64,000 nucleotides of DNA from Eledone cirrhosa. Its lineage: Eukaryota. The stretch is from NCBI GenBank assembly GCA_964016885.1, contig OZ024740.1, forward strand, positions 97,960,001 through 98,024,000, in the 5' to 3' direction. The position numbers and the translations under genes were made by a program. The notes under the pieces are model-generated. The model had not been told where the DNA came from and searched no databases. It worked only from the letters and a program-made list of their open reading frames with translations. Of this stretch, positions 52,940 through 64,000 are shown piece by piece. Position 1 is the first letter of the stretch, and each line of letters starts with the position of its first letter.

Positions 52940-53750
52940 ATCAAGTTATGAATCTAAAAATAATTGTTTTAACACAGCTTATCAGGAAAAAGTTTATTTC
53001 GATGAGATACTGTTTGGCTTTATGCCAGGAAGGAACGCCAAACATGTCCTTTTCTTTGTGAGTCAATTGAAAGAGAAGTGTAACCTGTTATATCAAGATA
53101 TATTTGATCTTGAGAAGTTATTTAACAAAGTTTTACAAACTGTATGTAGATGAGTAGCTTGTGAGAATAATGCAAGCTATTTACAGAGATGCAGTCAGCA
53201 AAGTGGCAGAAGTTAAAGAATTTGTTAAGGAATGTTTTTGTGCAGAGAGATACATGTTCATGAAGAATCACCCTACAGTCCATAACAGAAGAGTTTAAGA
53301 CTAGTTATTCACAGGAATGTCTTTATAATGATAGCCTGGCTCTTATTGCTGAATCAGTGTAAGAGCTAGAGAAAATATTTCTACTGTTGAAACAGAACTT
53401 AAGATCAAAGGGGCTCGGGATAAAGTTAGCAAAATCATAAGTTTTAATAACTAGGAAAGAAGGCAGGAATCTGGTCTCATCATGCTAGAAAAGGAATAGT
53501 TAGGAACACTATACAATATGTACAATGTACACACTTAAAAGTATGGGTACACAAGTGGTGCACTAGAATATGCAGACTAACAGAAAAGGTAGACTTCATG
53601 TAAAAGACAGACAGGTGTTGTTTTTATTTAGAGCCCAATGAAGTAAAATTTTCTTAAAACCAGGAAGGTGATAGCTTCTGTTACCTAGGTGATCTAACTC
53701 ACTGTGGAGGAGGTGGATCTGAAAGTATAGCAACTAGAATAAGAACAAGT
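52940..53750 (+). mobile_element. Highly decayed RTE RT fragment
   Basis: DEILFGFMPGR...DLEKLFNKV, and gatagcttctgttacctaggtga (DSFCYLG). Confidence 0.7.
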
Positions 53751-53864
53751 TGTTACTATCTTTTATGACATTAGATTTTATGGATGTGTTATTAAGAGAG
53801 CTTATTGAATATTTAGAAAATATGGGCCAGACAAGCATATATGCATATATATATATATATCTAT

Positions 53865-54052
53865 CTAAGGCGGGTAAAATTCCCAAGATCCATGGACGAG
53901 TTCTCTCCAGCGGTCTCTGTCCCTCATTATCGCTGCCATGTCCTGCGTCTCCAACAGACCAGTGTCTGTCCTTAGGGCATCAACATACGTTAACCTTGGT
54001 CTTCCTCTTCTAGTGTGTCCATGTAGGGGCTCCCAAAGGAGCACTGAGTGCA
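53865..54052 (-). mobile_element. 3' end of another LINE (RTE/RTE-X-like)
   Basis: Translates to [29 protein letters not shown]...MRDRDRW. Confidence 0.7.
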
Positions 54053-54103
54053 ATGTCAATATATATATACACACACAGAAATATATATACATTTCTGTGT
54101 GTG

Positions 54104-54152
<49 letters not shown>

Positions 54153-54171
54153 GAACTATATATATATTTCC

Positions 54172-54225
<54 letters not shown>

Positions 54226-54519
54226 CACACACAGAAATGTATATATATATACACACAGAAATATATATATACATCCCTTAGCTACTGTACTGTATCTGTT
54301 GCTATCTCTCTCTCTCTCCAGCTATCCCTCTCTTTTAGTCTGTCTGTTTCTCTCACTCTCACTCTTTCTCTTTGTAACGCACTAACATTCCTCCTTTCTA
54401 TCGCTGTGACGAATGGGGAGATGGAGGAGGATGAGGAAGGGGAGGAGAGGGTGACTTCGTCACTTCACCTCTGCCTTTCTTTCTCTCCCCTCTGACTCCC
54501 TCATTACGTACAGACATTA

Positions 54520-54712
54520 GGGCGGTGGATTGGCAGAATCTGTAGAGAGTCGGACACCATGCTTCATAGCATGGAGTTACGTCACTTTACGGTCTGAGTT
54601 CAAATACTGCCGAGGTTAACTTTGCCTTTCATCCTCACGAGGTCGATAAAATAAAGTACCAGTAATGTACTGGGTAATTGCTGGCCTTGTGCCAAAAGTA
54701 GAAACAATTATT
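54520..54712 (+). mobile_element. Full-length tRNA-derived SINE (Nin/DeuSINE-type; Octopus-like)
   Basis: A-box-like tggcagaatc, B-box gagttcaaatac, and central gcctttcatcc...ggtcgataaaataaagtaccag; several copies in the window. Confidence 0.85.
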
Positions 54713-55548
54713 AGAAACATTGCTTCATTTTTACATATCTAAGCATTAGTAAAATAACTAATAATTTCAAAAGTAATTTTTCAATTCCAATTGTTATGAA
54801 CAGCAAAACATTAATAATAATTTTGTTCTAAGAAATATATATACATTTCTGTGTGTGTATTATATATATATATATACACACAGAAATATATATACATTTC
54901 TGTGTGTGTAATATATATATATATACACACACACAGAGAAATATATAAACATTTCTGTGTGTGTAATATATATATGTATATATATATATATATATATACA
55001 CACAGAGAAATATATGAGCATTTCTCTGTTTGTCTGTCTGTCTGTGTGTCTGTCTGTCTGACTGTCTGTCTGTCTGTCCGTCCCTAAAACTCAAATGTAG
55101 GTGCTACAGAAATATTACCTTCCCCTTCCTTTCTCCACTTTGGTACTACAAAGAGAAACACTGTCGCTATAGAAACATTACCTTCCCCTCTCCACTGACT
55201 TTGGTCACTGAGGCCGGGGTAATCGCTGGTTGCTATAGAGACACCTTGCACGAGCCAGAAGTAACCAGTTCGAGGCGCTTCTGACCTGACACCATGCCAA
55301 GGACGATTTGAAGAAGATTGCCATTGAATTTGTGGTTGTTGCTGCTGATAATAAGGACCATTTGAAGAAGGTTGCGGCTGATGAGGTAATTTATTAATCA
55401 GATTGCGCAGTTCCATAACCTCAGTCTGGAGCTGCGGGATTTGATTAATACGTTTGATTTGTTCAATTTCTCATCCAAATCTCAACAATATCAGTATATA
55501 CACTAGATTTGCTAGCAGAAAACCGCCCATCGGGTGGTTTTCTGCTAG

Positions 55549-56140
55549 TCTATATATATAAAACTGAGGATGTCTGTCTGTGTGTGTGTGAGTTTGAATC
55601 CCTAAAGCTAGAGAAGCACCCAACCAACTGTTTTCAAACTTTACACATGTAATACTTATGTTTCAGGGAGTGTTCTGAGCAAAAGGAATTTCAAATTTTC
55701 CATGCCCTAAGGACCGCATTAGGCGATTTAGCGATCTCTCTCTATAATTGATAGTCTTTCTCTCTTTAGATAGATACATACATATAACGTCGCGCGCTTA
55801 TAATATCTGTCTGTATGTCTGGCTGTCTGCATTACGTCACTTCCTACAATTCTCTCTGCGTCCAGAACACGCCCTTATAATAACTGTCTGTATTTCTGGC
55901 TGTCTGCTACCTCTGGTTATTCTGTCACCCTTGCTCAAGACAAATCTCACGCTCATTCGCCAAACAGTTGGTAAGTGCACACAACTTCTTCCTCACGTTT
56001 TAAGCCGCAGTGTTGCTTACTTACGTACCACCAGACCCTTACTTCTTTGCCAGCTGTGGTTGTGGCAATACTAAGCTTAGCTAAGGCGGTTATATATTTT
56101 ACAATACCTTAGTCCATGAAACCCCGGGTACCACTGCTAG
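55549..56140 (+). mobile_element. Non-autonomous Helitron
   Basis: Starts TCTATATATATAAAACTG...tgtctgtctg, the same head as 11635-12590. Ends ccccgggtaccactg-CTAG|T. Confidence 0.8.
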
Positions 56141-56499
56141 TATACAATAAATTAATTGATAGCGTTGCTACCAAAGAAAAAATATTTTTTCCATTTTTTT
56201 CATAAAGAAAATAATAATTTTCCCTATTTCGATCTGTGAACATATTAAAGCAGGTCAGTAGCAGTCAAAAATGCATTAATCGTTCATCAGTGACATACAC
56301 TCAAATGTGACTGACATGGAATTAGACTAGAATCTATATAGATTTTATGAGATGAAAATTTATTGCAGATGCTCATTTACATAAAGCAAATAGAAAACAC
56401 TGGCTGGAAAAGGTCATTTGCATATAATGCAAACTTTGCTGATTATAACTAATAGGTGAAAGCACTTAGACAATATCTAAGCACAATAAATGTGTACAT

Positions 56500-59400
56500 G
56501 ATAGTATCATCAAGCAATCGCACAACAGGAAAAAGAACGAGACGTCGCATCTCAGAGTTGTCACACTTAATGTTGGCACTCTAACAGGTAGATCTGGTGA
56601 GATAGCAGAGATGCTGGAGAGAAGGCATGTGGATGTGTGCTGTGTGCAAGAGGTGAGATGGAGAGGTGCCTCTGCAAGACTAATCACAGGCAAACATCGT
56701 AGTTATAAGATTTTCTCGGTGGGTAATGATGATTGATTAGGTGGGGTGGGCATATTACTGGCTGAGAGATGGATCAATAAGTCAATAGAGGTAGTTAGAG
56801 TTAGTAATAGAATAATTAAGCTTAGATTAGTTGTAGGCAAGAAACTACTGACAATCATCTCTGCAGATGCTCCCCAGGCAGGCCTAGGTAAAGAAGAGAA
56901 TGATTGCTTTTATGAGCAACTTTTACAAACAGCCGCAAGGACAGAGACATCGTTATGCTAGCAGGGGACTTCAATGGTCATGTTGAACAGCTCCAGGATA
57001 GATACACTGGGGTACATAGTGGGCTCGGTTACGGCTCAAGAAATGAAGAAGGAGGGAGACTTCTTGAATTTTGTGATGCAAATGCACTAAACATTTTCAA
57101 CACTAACTTCCAGAAGCCTACATACCACCTAATAACCTACAAATCAAGCGAGCCCATAAGCCAGATTGACTTCCTGCTAGTTAGACAGTGAGAGAGACAG
57201 ATGGTGTCAAATACTAAGGCACACCCTGGGGAAGAATGTAATCCAGCATAGGTTAGTCGTTAGTGACATCTCAGTAAGCAAGAGAAAGAATGAGACATAC
57301 AGGAAGGTGTGGAAAAGTAAAGTTGGAAGCTAAAAGACCTTTCATTAAAATATAAATTTAGCAAAGGACTTCAAGATGTGTATGACAAAAAAGAAGACGA
57401 TTTAGAGTTGTATGACATATATGATAACTGGAATGTCTTGCGTGACAACTTACTGCAGGCTATTGAAGAAACTTGTGGTTGGGGCAGAGCTTCAACCAGA
57501 CAGAGAGTGACTTGGTGGTGGAACAGCACGGTAGATAGGGCCATTAGAGACAAAAGACTGGTATGGAAGGCTTGGAAAAATGGTGGGAGTAGAAAAGGAT
57601 ACACAGCCGCTAAGAGAGAAGCTAGACGTCAGGTGTACGTAGCACGCAGGGAGGCTGAGAGTAGCTGGTTTGCCAATGTTCTGCAACGGGAAGATTGGAG
57701 ATGTGCGGTGTGTTCCGCATTGCAAAAGAGTGTGTCAGTGCAAATCAGGATGTTGTTGGAGATAAGTGTGCCCGGAATGATGCCGGTGTACTTAGTGTCA
57801 CGAATGATCAAAATAACGAGGCCTGGAAATGTCATTATCAGAGACTGATGAATGTGGAGAACGAATGGAAGAGAAAGAAATTACCCCCACTAGACCCGAC
57901 AGAGGGACCAGTTAATCAGGTTGACGAATACAGGGTACAAGAGGCAATTAAGTAAATGAAGAATGGTAAGGTTGCTGGACCGTCGGGGATAGTTGCTGAG
58001 ATGCTGAAGGCATCAGGAGAAGTAGGCACTAAACTGGTTGCACGCTTCATCAATCAAGCTATATATGGTAGTGTCATACCCAAAGAATGGTGCAGCAGTA
58101 TTCTCATAAATTGCTATGATGTTAAATGGGATGCTCTGGAGAAGAGCAATTATAGGGACATAAGGCTTATGGATCAGGTTATGAAAGTGGCAGAGAGAAT
58201 ATTAGTTCAACTGATTAGAGAAATGGTCAAATTAGAGGGATGCAGTTTCGTTTTCGTGCCTCGGAAAAGTACAACAGATGCCCCCTTCTTAGTGAGGCAA
58301 CTACAACAGAGGTTCTTAGAGAAGAATAAGTCACTATACTTAGCTTTTGTTGACCTAGAGAAGGCCTTTGATAGGGTACCCTGATCTGTCATCTGGTGGT
58401 TACTAAGGAAACTAGGGTTGTGAGGACAGTACAAGCTATGTACATGGGTGCTGTCAGTAAATTGAGAGTAGGAATGGAGTTTAGTGAGGAATTCCAGATA
58501 CAAGTAGGTGTACATCAGGGTAAGATCCTCAGCCCACTCATGTTCCTCCAAGCCAAAACAGAGGAGTTTAAGACTCGATGCCCATGGGAACTTCTCAGAA
58601 TCAGTAGAAGAGCTAGAGAATAAATTCTGGCTATGGAAACAGCAGTTGGAATCAAGAGGCCTGAGAGTGAACATAGCTAAGACAAAAGTGTTGATAATTA
58701 TAGAGAGGACAATACTCTGACTCCACGAGGGAAATGGCCATGTTCGATATGTAGGAAAGGAACTGGCATAAATTCCATAAATGTACGCAATGCCGATCTT
58801 GGGTACACAAGAGATGTAGTGGGATAGCAGGCAAACTAACAGGTAGGGAAAACGTATGCAGTAGATGTACAGGGAAAGTTGGCACTAGTAATTGCAGTGA
58901 TAGACATCTTTTTCCACTGCAGGTGGGTTCTATAAACGTGGTTGATAGCTTCCGGTACCTAGGTGATCATATTAGCATGGGAGGTGTTGTTACAAGGCCA
59001 TAGTATCTAGAATAAGGATGGGTTGGAAGAAGTTTAGGGAGCTGCTTTCTCTGTTGACAAAGAAGGATTTCTTCCTGCGTACGAAAGGACGATTTTATGA
59101 TGCCTGTGTGAGATGCGCGATGCTGCATGGTAGTGAGACATATGCAGCAACTGCAGAGGATATGCGATGGCTGGAGAGAAATGAAGCAAGCATGCGCCTG
59201 TTGGTTGTGCAATGTCAATGTGCATGAATGACAAAGCATAATTAAGTTGAGAAAGAAACTGGGTATAAGAAGGATAAGTTGTGGTGTGCAGGAGAGAAGA
59301 CTGAGATGGTATGGACATGTGATGCGCATGGAGGATGACCGCTGGGTAAAGAAGTGCCAAGAAATCCCAGTAGAAGGAAGACGCAGTAGAGGTAGACGAC

Positions 59401-59544
59401 GAAAATCATGGGCGGAGGTGGTGAGAGCAGATCTCAGATCACTGAAACCCACGGAGGAGATGACGAAGGACCGTAACAAGTGGAGAGATGCTGTGCTGAA
59501 TAGGACCCGTCCAACCCTTGCAAGCAGGGAAAAGGGGACGTAAA

Positions 59545-59583
<39 letters not shown>
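56500..59583 (+). mobile_element. RTE family B LINE, full length but decayed
   Basis: From LRVVTLNVGTL through APE, RT and the PHD-like finger to RLRWYGHVMR...RDAVL, with many stops and frameshifts. The (GAT)n tail follows directly after the ORF end. Confidence 0.9.
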
Positions 59584-59584
<1 letters not shown>

Positions 59585-59631
59585 GTAGAAATATTGGTAG
59601 TCTCACTACCAATATATGTATATGTGTATGT

Positions 59632-60625
59632 ATCATCATCATTACCGTTTTACGTCCATTCATCCACACTAGCATGGGTTAGACAGGTTGTCCTGTTGTG
59701 GGCAATACTCAAACTGATTTTAGCTTGATTTCTACAGCTGGATGCTTTTCCTAACACCAACCTCATTTATAGTGAGTACTTCGTGCTTTTTTACCGTGGA
59801 ACCTACACGACCAATTTGCAGTGTGGTCTGGGTGCTTTTTTATCGTGACACCTCCATGACCACTTTGCAGTCGGAGCATATTATCTATATGCTTCAGCTT
59901 CAGAATGTACCTGTGGAAAGTCAGGTCTTCTGTATTACCGTGTGCGCCAGATGTCTCGGTCCTGTGTCATCACCTTTGACAGGTGCAATTGGGTAAGGTC
60001 TGTTTTTATCACCTCATCCCAGATCTTCTTCGGTCTCCCCACTCCAAGGTTTTAACTGACGTTTAGTGCTCTGCACCTTTTTAAACAGTTGTCATCCTTC
60101 ATGCACATCACATGTCCATACCAACGCAACCTCCTTTCCTACACACAGCATTTGATTCCTCTTATGCTCAGTCTCTCTTTCAATTCGTTTATGCTTTGCC
60201 ATTCACGTATATTACTATTACACATCCATCGAAGCATGCAAGCTTCGTTTCTTTCTAATCTACGCAAGTCTTCTACACACAGCGCCCAGGTCTCACTACC
60301 ATGTAACATTGCTGTTCGTATGCACGCATCATACAGTCTGCCTTTCATTTTGAGGGAAAAGCCTTTTGCAGCTAGCAGTGGTAGTAGCTCCCTGAACTTC
60401 TTCCATCCCGTTCTTACCTTGGTTGCTGTACTTTCAGAATACCCACCTCCACTGCTAATTCAGTCACTGCGGTAGCAGAAGCAGTCTATTGCTTCTACAG
60501 AGACCGCCCAGAGTTTGGTAATGCTTGTTTCCTGTGGCCATTTGCTGCTTACCTGTCCTGGTGCAACTGCTACATGTAGAGCCTACATCCTTAATTAAGC
60601 TTCCTGAGATCCCACTACATTTCTT
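59632..60625 (-). mobile_element. RTE family A-related 3' fragment
   Basis: ORF 60139-60348 (MKGRLYDACIRTAMLHGSETW); (TCA)n tail. Confidence 0.88.
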
Positions 60626-60861
60626 GTGTATATATATATATATATATATGATGGTGCTGTAGTTTGCTTGAAGCAATGTTTTAGTGTATAAGTAGTATGT
60701 TCTTCAAAATCTATGACTGCGCATAATTGACAGTAACTTTTGAAAAAAATTGAAGGTAATGAATATGTTAGAGTTTCACACTAACATCTTTGTTAGATTC
60801 AATGTTTGCCCAAATCTACCATTCCTTTTACATTGTCATAACCTTCAAATAAAATACTACT

Positions 60862-60897
<36 letters not shown>

Positions 60898-61169
60898 GGC
60901 AGAAATATCAAGTTTCAGTTCAATATATTTTATTCATAATCATGCATAGCACGTGTTTCATAAATGTCTGGCTTGGAGCTTTAATCAGCTGTACTCAAAG
61001 ATCGATTTGCTCATCAAACACAATGAAATTTAGAATCAGAATATGTTCGTCTGTTTGTGTAATGCATATCTAGTCAGCTTCATCTCAGTATGAAGGTAAC
61101 CATACATTAAATTCCAGCAATTTATAACATGACATTTGGGTGCAGTCATTATCCTAAATTAACTACACA

Positions 61170-61820
61170 AGAAATTAGGAATAAGAGGTATTAGATGGTG
61201 TGTACAGGAGAGGAGATTGCGTTGATATGGGAATGTGATGTGTATAAAGCATGACAGCTGTATAAAAAGGTACAGGGCGCTCAGAGTTAATGATAGCCAT
61301 GGAGTAGGCAGGCCTAGGAAAACTTAGGATGAGGTAATATGTGCTGACTTTGCACAATTACACTTCATTAAGGCAATGCCACAGGACCTCTAGCGCTATC
61401 AAGTATTACAGAAGAGCCACCCCCTATTATTCTCAGGCTGAGGCATATACCTAGTAGGCAATACCATTCCCTACCACCTCACTTCCCATAAACCTCCCTT
61501 ATACCTACATCCCCAATTTCCAAAACCATCTTTCCAATCCCTCTCAAGTCAGCCACACTATAGTGGTCATGTACGTTTCATGACAAAAGTGAGTGCCCAG
61601 CCCACACTGTAAAGTGGTTGTGTAGGTGACATGGCAAAAAAGCACCTAGCACACACTGTAAATGTGGTTGGTGTTAGGAAGGGCATCAAGCCATAGAAAC
61701 CAAGCCAAAATCAGTTCTGTGTGAGCGAATCATGGTCCCCCAGCCTGATCCCTCACAAAGGGACAGCCTGTCCTACCCATGCTAGTGAGGAAGTTGCATT
61801 TTAAATGATGATGATGATGA
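61170..61820 (+). mobile_element. Decayed RTE 3' end
   Basis: RRLR-YGNVM remnant; 3' UTR motif tggttggtgttaggaagggcatc; (GAT)n tail. Confidence 0.75.
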
Positions 61821-63031
61821 TATATATATATATATATACATATATAGGCAGGTCTGATGCCTTACCCAAACAAAGATGAACATATTCTGATTGCACCAGA
61901 TTAAAGTCCCATTTGGTCATTCGCAAAATGCATTGCATGTGATTATAAATTAAATATGCTGAACTGAAACTTCAATTTCTCTTTCTTAATATTATGCCAA
62001 TAACAATCAGATATCAGTGTTTATCTAAACTGTTAACACTGAATAATCAATTAATATCAAACTACAGTGCTGGAACAAGTGCCACATAGAGTATTACTCA
62101 TCAACATGCATTCAATTTGCCTTTCATTCTTTCTCCATTGGTAGATCAGTATTGATGCAGCCTACTTTCCCTTTAATTGCAGCATCCTAGATGTTCTGCT
62201 GGGTCAAGTGTGAGAAGTTCAAGCAGGCATCTGTTTTTGTTCACAACTATGAAGGTTGGGTGTCACTAAAGACCATTGACAAAGGCATTGATTCATGCTA
62301 ATTCCAAGTTATTTTTAAATGTGTGTAAGTTTATATTTATATATATTTCTGTCTTTCTGTCTGTTACCAATGTTTGAAAACATTCAAATAAATATATCAT
62401 GTGAATGAGACACAAAATCATTGTAAAAAATCAGACTGAACTAATACTTAATACATCATTTGCAATGGAAATATTGAAAAGTTGCAGTTACACTACTATG
62501 GATGAATAAGGAATCACAGTAGCTGGGCAGGCATATATTTATACTATACTTTAATGAAGAATTACAATGAATAACTAGATAGAATATACTTATTTTATTT
62601 GAAGCTTTTGTGAATGGTAAACTAGAGAAGACAGACTTAATCTGTCACCCGGTTTAACACTATCACCGAAGTCATGGATGACTTTAATAGAGTCTACTCA
62701 ACTTCAAGAATTTAGCCTATATTTCCAGTTTAAGAATAATGGTCTCCTTTCATCCTACAAATTACAGGCATCTATTGGAATCATTAAAAATGCACCAATA
62801 AATCATAACCAAATAAACATATTAATTCTTAAAAAAGAAACCAAAATAATTTTCAGCACATTAATCACCCAATTTGGTTGTTTTTTAGATTACAGATTAC
62901 TTGGTGATTGATAGACACTAAACTAGTCTAGGGGTATGCATTCTATACATTGCCTTATAGTTTGTTGTAGGTACTTTTTATTGTCTGATGATTTACAGTC
63001 TCTATATAATGATGATTGTGTATGTATATAA

Positions 63032-63256
63032 TGTTATAGTTTGGGAGGGTCATGCTGCCTATAAAAACACACAAACCTGTTTGTTTTTACTTTAATTTAT
63101 TATAAATAACTGGATGCTTGTATATATATTGTCAAAGCTTTTTCATCAATCAGCAGGTGCTTGTGTTTGAAGCATGACCCTCCAAAAACTATGACAATAT
63201 ATATTCCAACACACGTTTTCAAGTAAGAAATATTGCAAAAGAAATTAAAAACAAAG
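63032..63256. mobile_element. Penelope P1 pLTR remnant with inverted arms
   Basis: tgttatagtttgggagggtcatgc / gcatgaccctccaaaaactatgaca; same layout as 12948-13200. Confidence 0.72.
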
Positions 63257-63288
<32 letters not shown>

Positions 63289-63597
63289 GGAAGTGTAACG
63301 TGAAGTTACTGTAGGTTCGCCCAGGTGAGCACTCGATGTTTAGGTTCACATCAGTGGCAAGGTGTAGAGCTAGACAGAGTGTAATATAATAATATAATAA
63401 TACAAGGACGATTTGTCAAGCCTTCATTACGTTTATTCATTAGTGACGTGCGTTTCACTATTGATCAGCTCAAAGTTTGATCTGGCCTGACTCTGGAATC
63501 AAAATAATCAAAACAACATAAATTGACCACCATATGAATGCGAAATGTTAGAGATTTATATGCTTTATATGTTCACTCTCTCATTACAACAGCAGAA

Positions 63598-63680
63598 GTC
63601 TGATGAGCTTTTGATTCTAGAGTCTCGCCAGATCGATACAGATCAAACCTTGAGCTGATCAATAGTGAAACACGCATCAC
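63598..63680 (+). ncRNA. Hammerhead-like motif with extended stem II; partial inverted copy at 63443-63504
   Basis: gt-ctgatga-gcttttgatt...gatcaatagt-gaaa-cacgca-tc-ac. Confidence 0.6.
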
Positions 63681-63852
63681 CAATCAATAAAAATAATCCC
63701 ACTATAATATTTAACATTGCATCTTTAAGCATCGAACATGATTTGCTTTGGCTATAGGCATCTAATATATTATATCAAAGTTCTTTTTCCTCTATTCTTA
63801 TGATATATGTCTCTTACTTTAATATGCATACATACATATACATATATATCAT

Positions 63853-64000
63853 CGGTAAATGTGGTTGGTGTTAGGAAGGGCATCCAGCCGTAGAAAACCC
63901 GCCAGACAGTCCTATACGAGCAAGACAGCCAATCTTGCCTCAAGTGGGAAAATTCCCGTCCAAACCGATGCTAGCGTGGAAGATGGACGTTAAACGATAA
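63853..64000 (+). mobile_element. RTE family A 3' terminal fragment
   Basis: aatgtggttggtgttaggaagggcatcc...gcgtggaagatggacgttaaacgat. Confidence 0.85.

Overview
AT-rich, microsatellite-saturated animal genomic DNA, intergenic or intronic. I could not support any host gene. The repeat repertoire suggests Octopus or another coleoid cephalopod (inference): tRNA-derived Nin/DeuSINE-type SINEs, (GAT)n-tailed RTE LINEs and huge (TA)n/(TG)n tracts. The window is a nest of mobile elements. It holds many RTE-clade LINE copies: a near-intact family with a PHD-like finger inside the ORF, and a BovB-like family with C-terminal C2H2 fingers plus a bipartite non-autonomous derivative. There are also Tx1/L1 and RLE-type LINE fragments, non-autonomous Helitrons and MITE/foldback elements. 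At least three Penelope-like (GIY-YIG) families are present. The most notable structure is the Penelope/hammerhead system. Five or more insertions share an asymmetric head-to-head inverted architecture, mostly next to (TA)n. Their pseudo-LTRs carry type I hammerhead ribozymes; one has a non-canonical compensatory U3:A8 core. Two different families share an 11-nt motif about 40 nt downstream of the predicted cleavage site. Most ORFs in the track are microsatellite or antisense artefacts.
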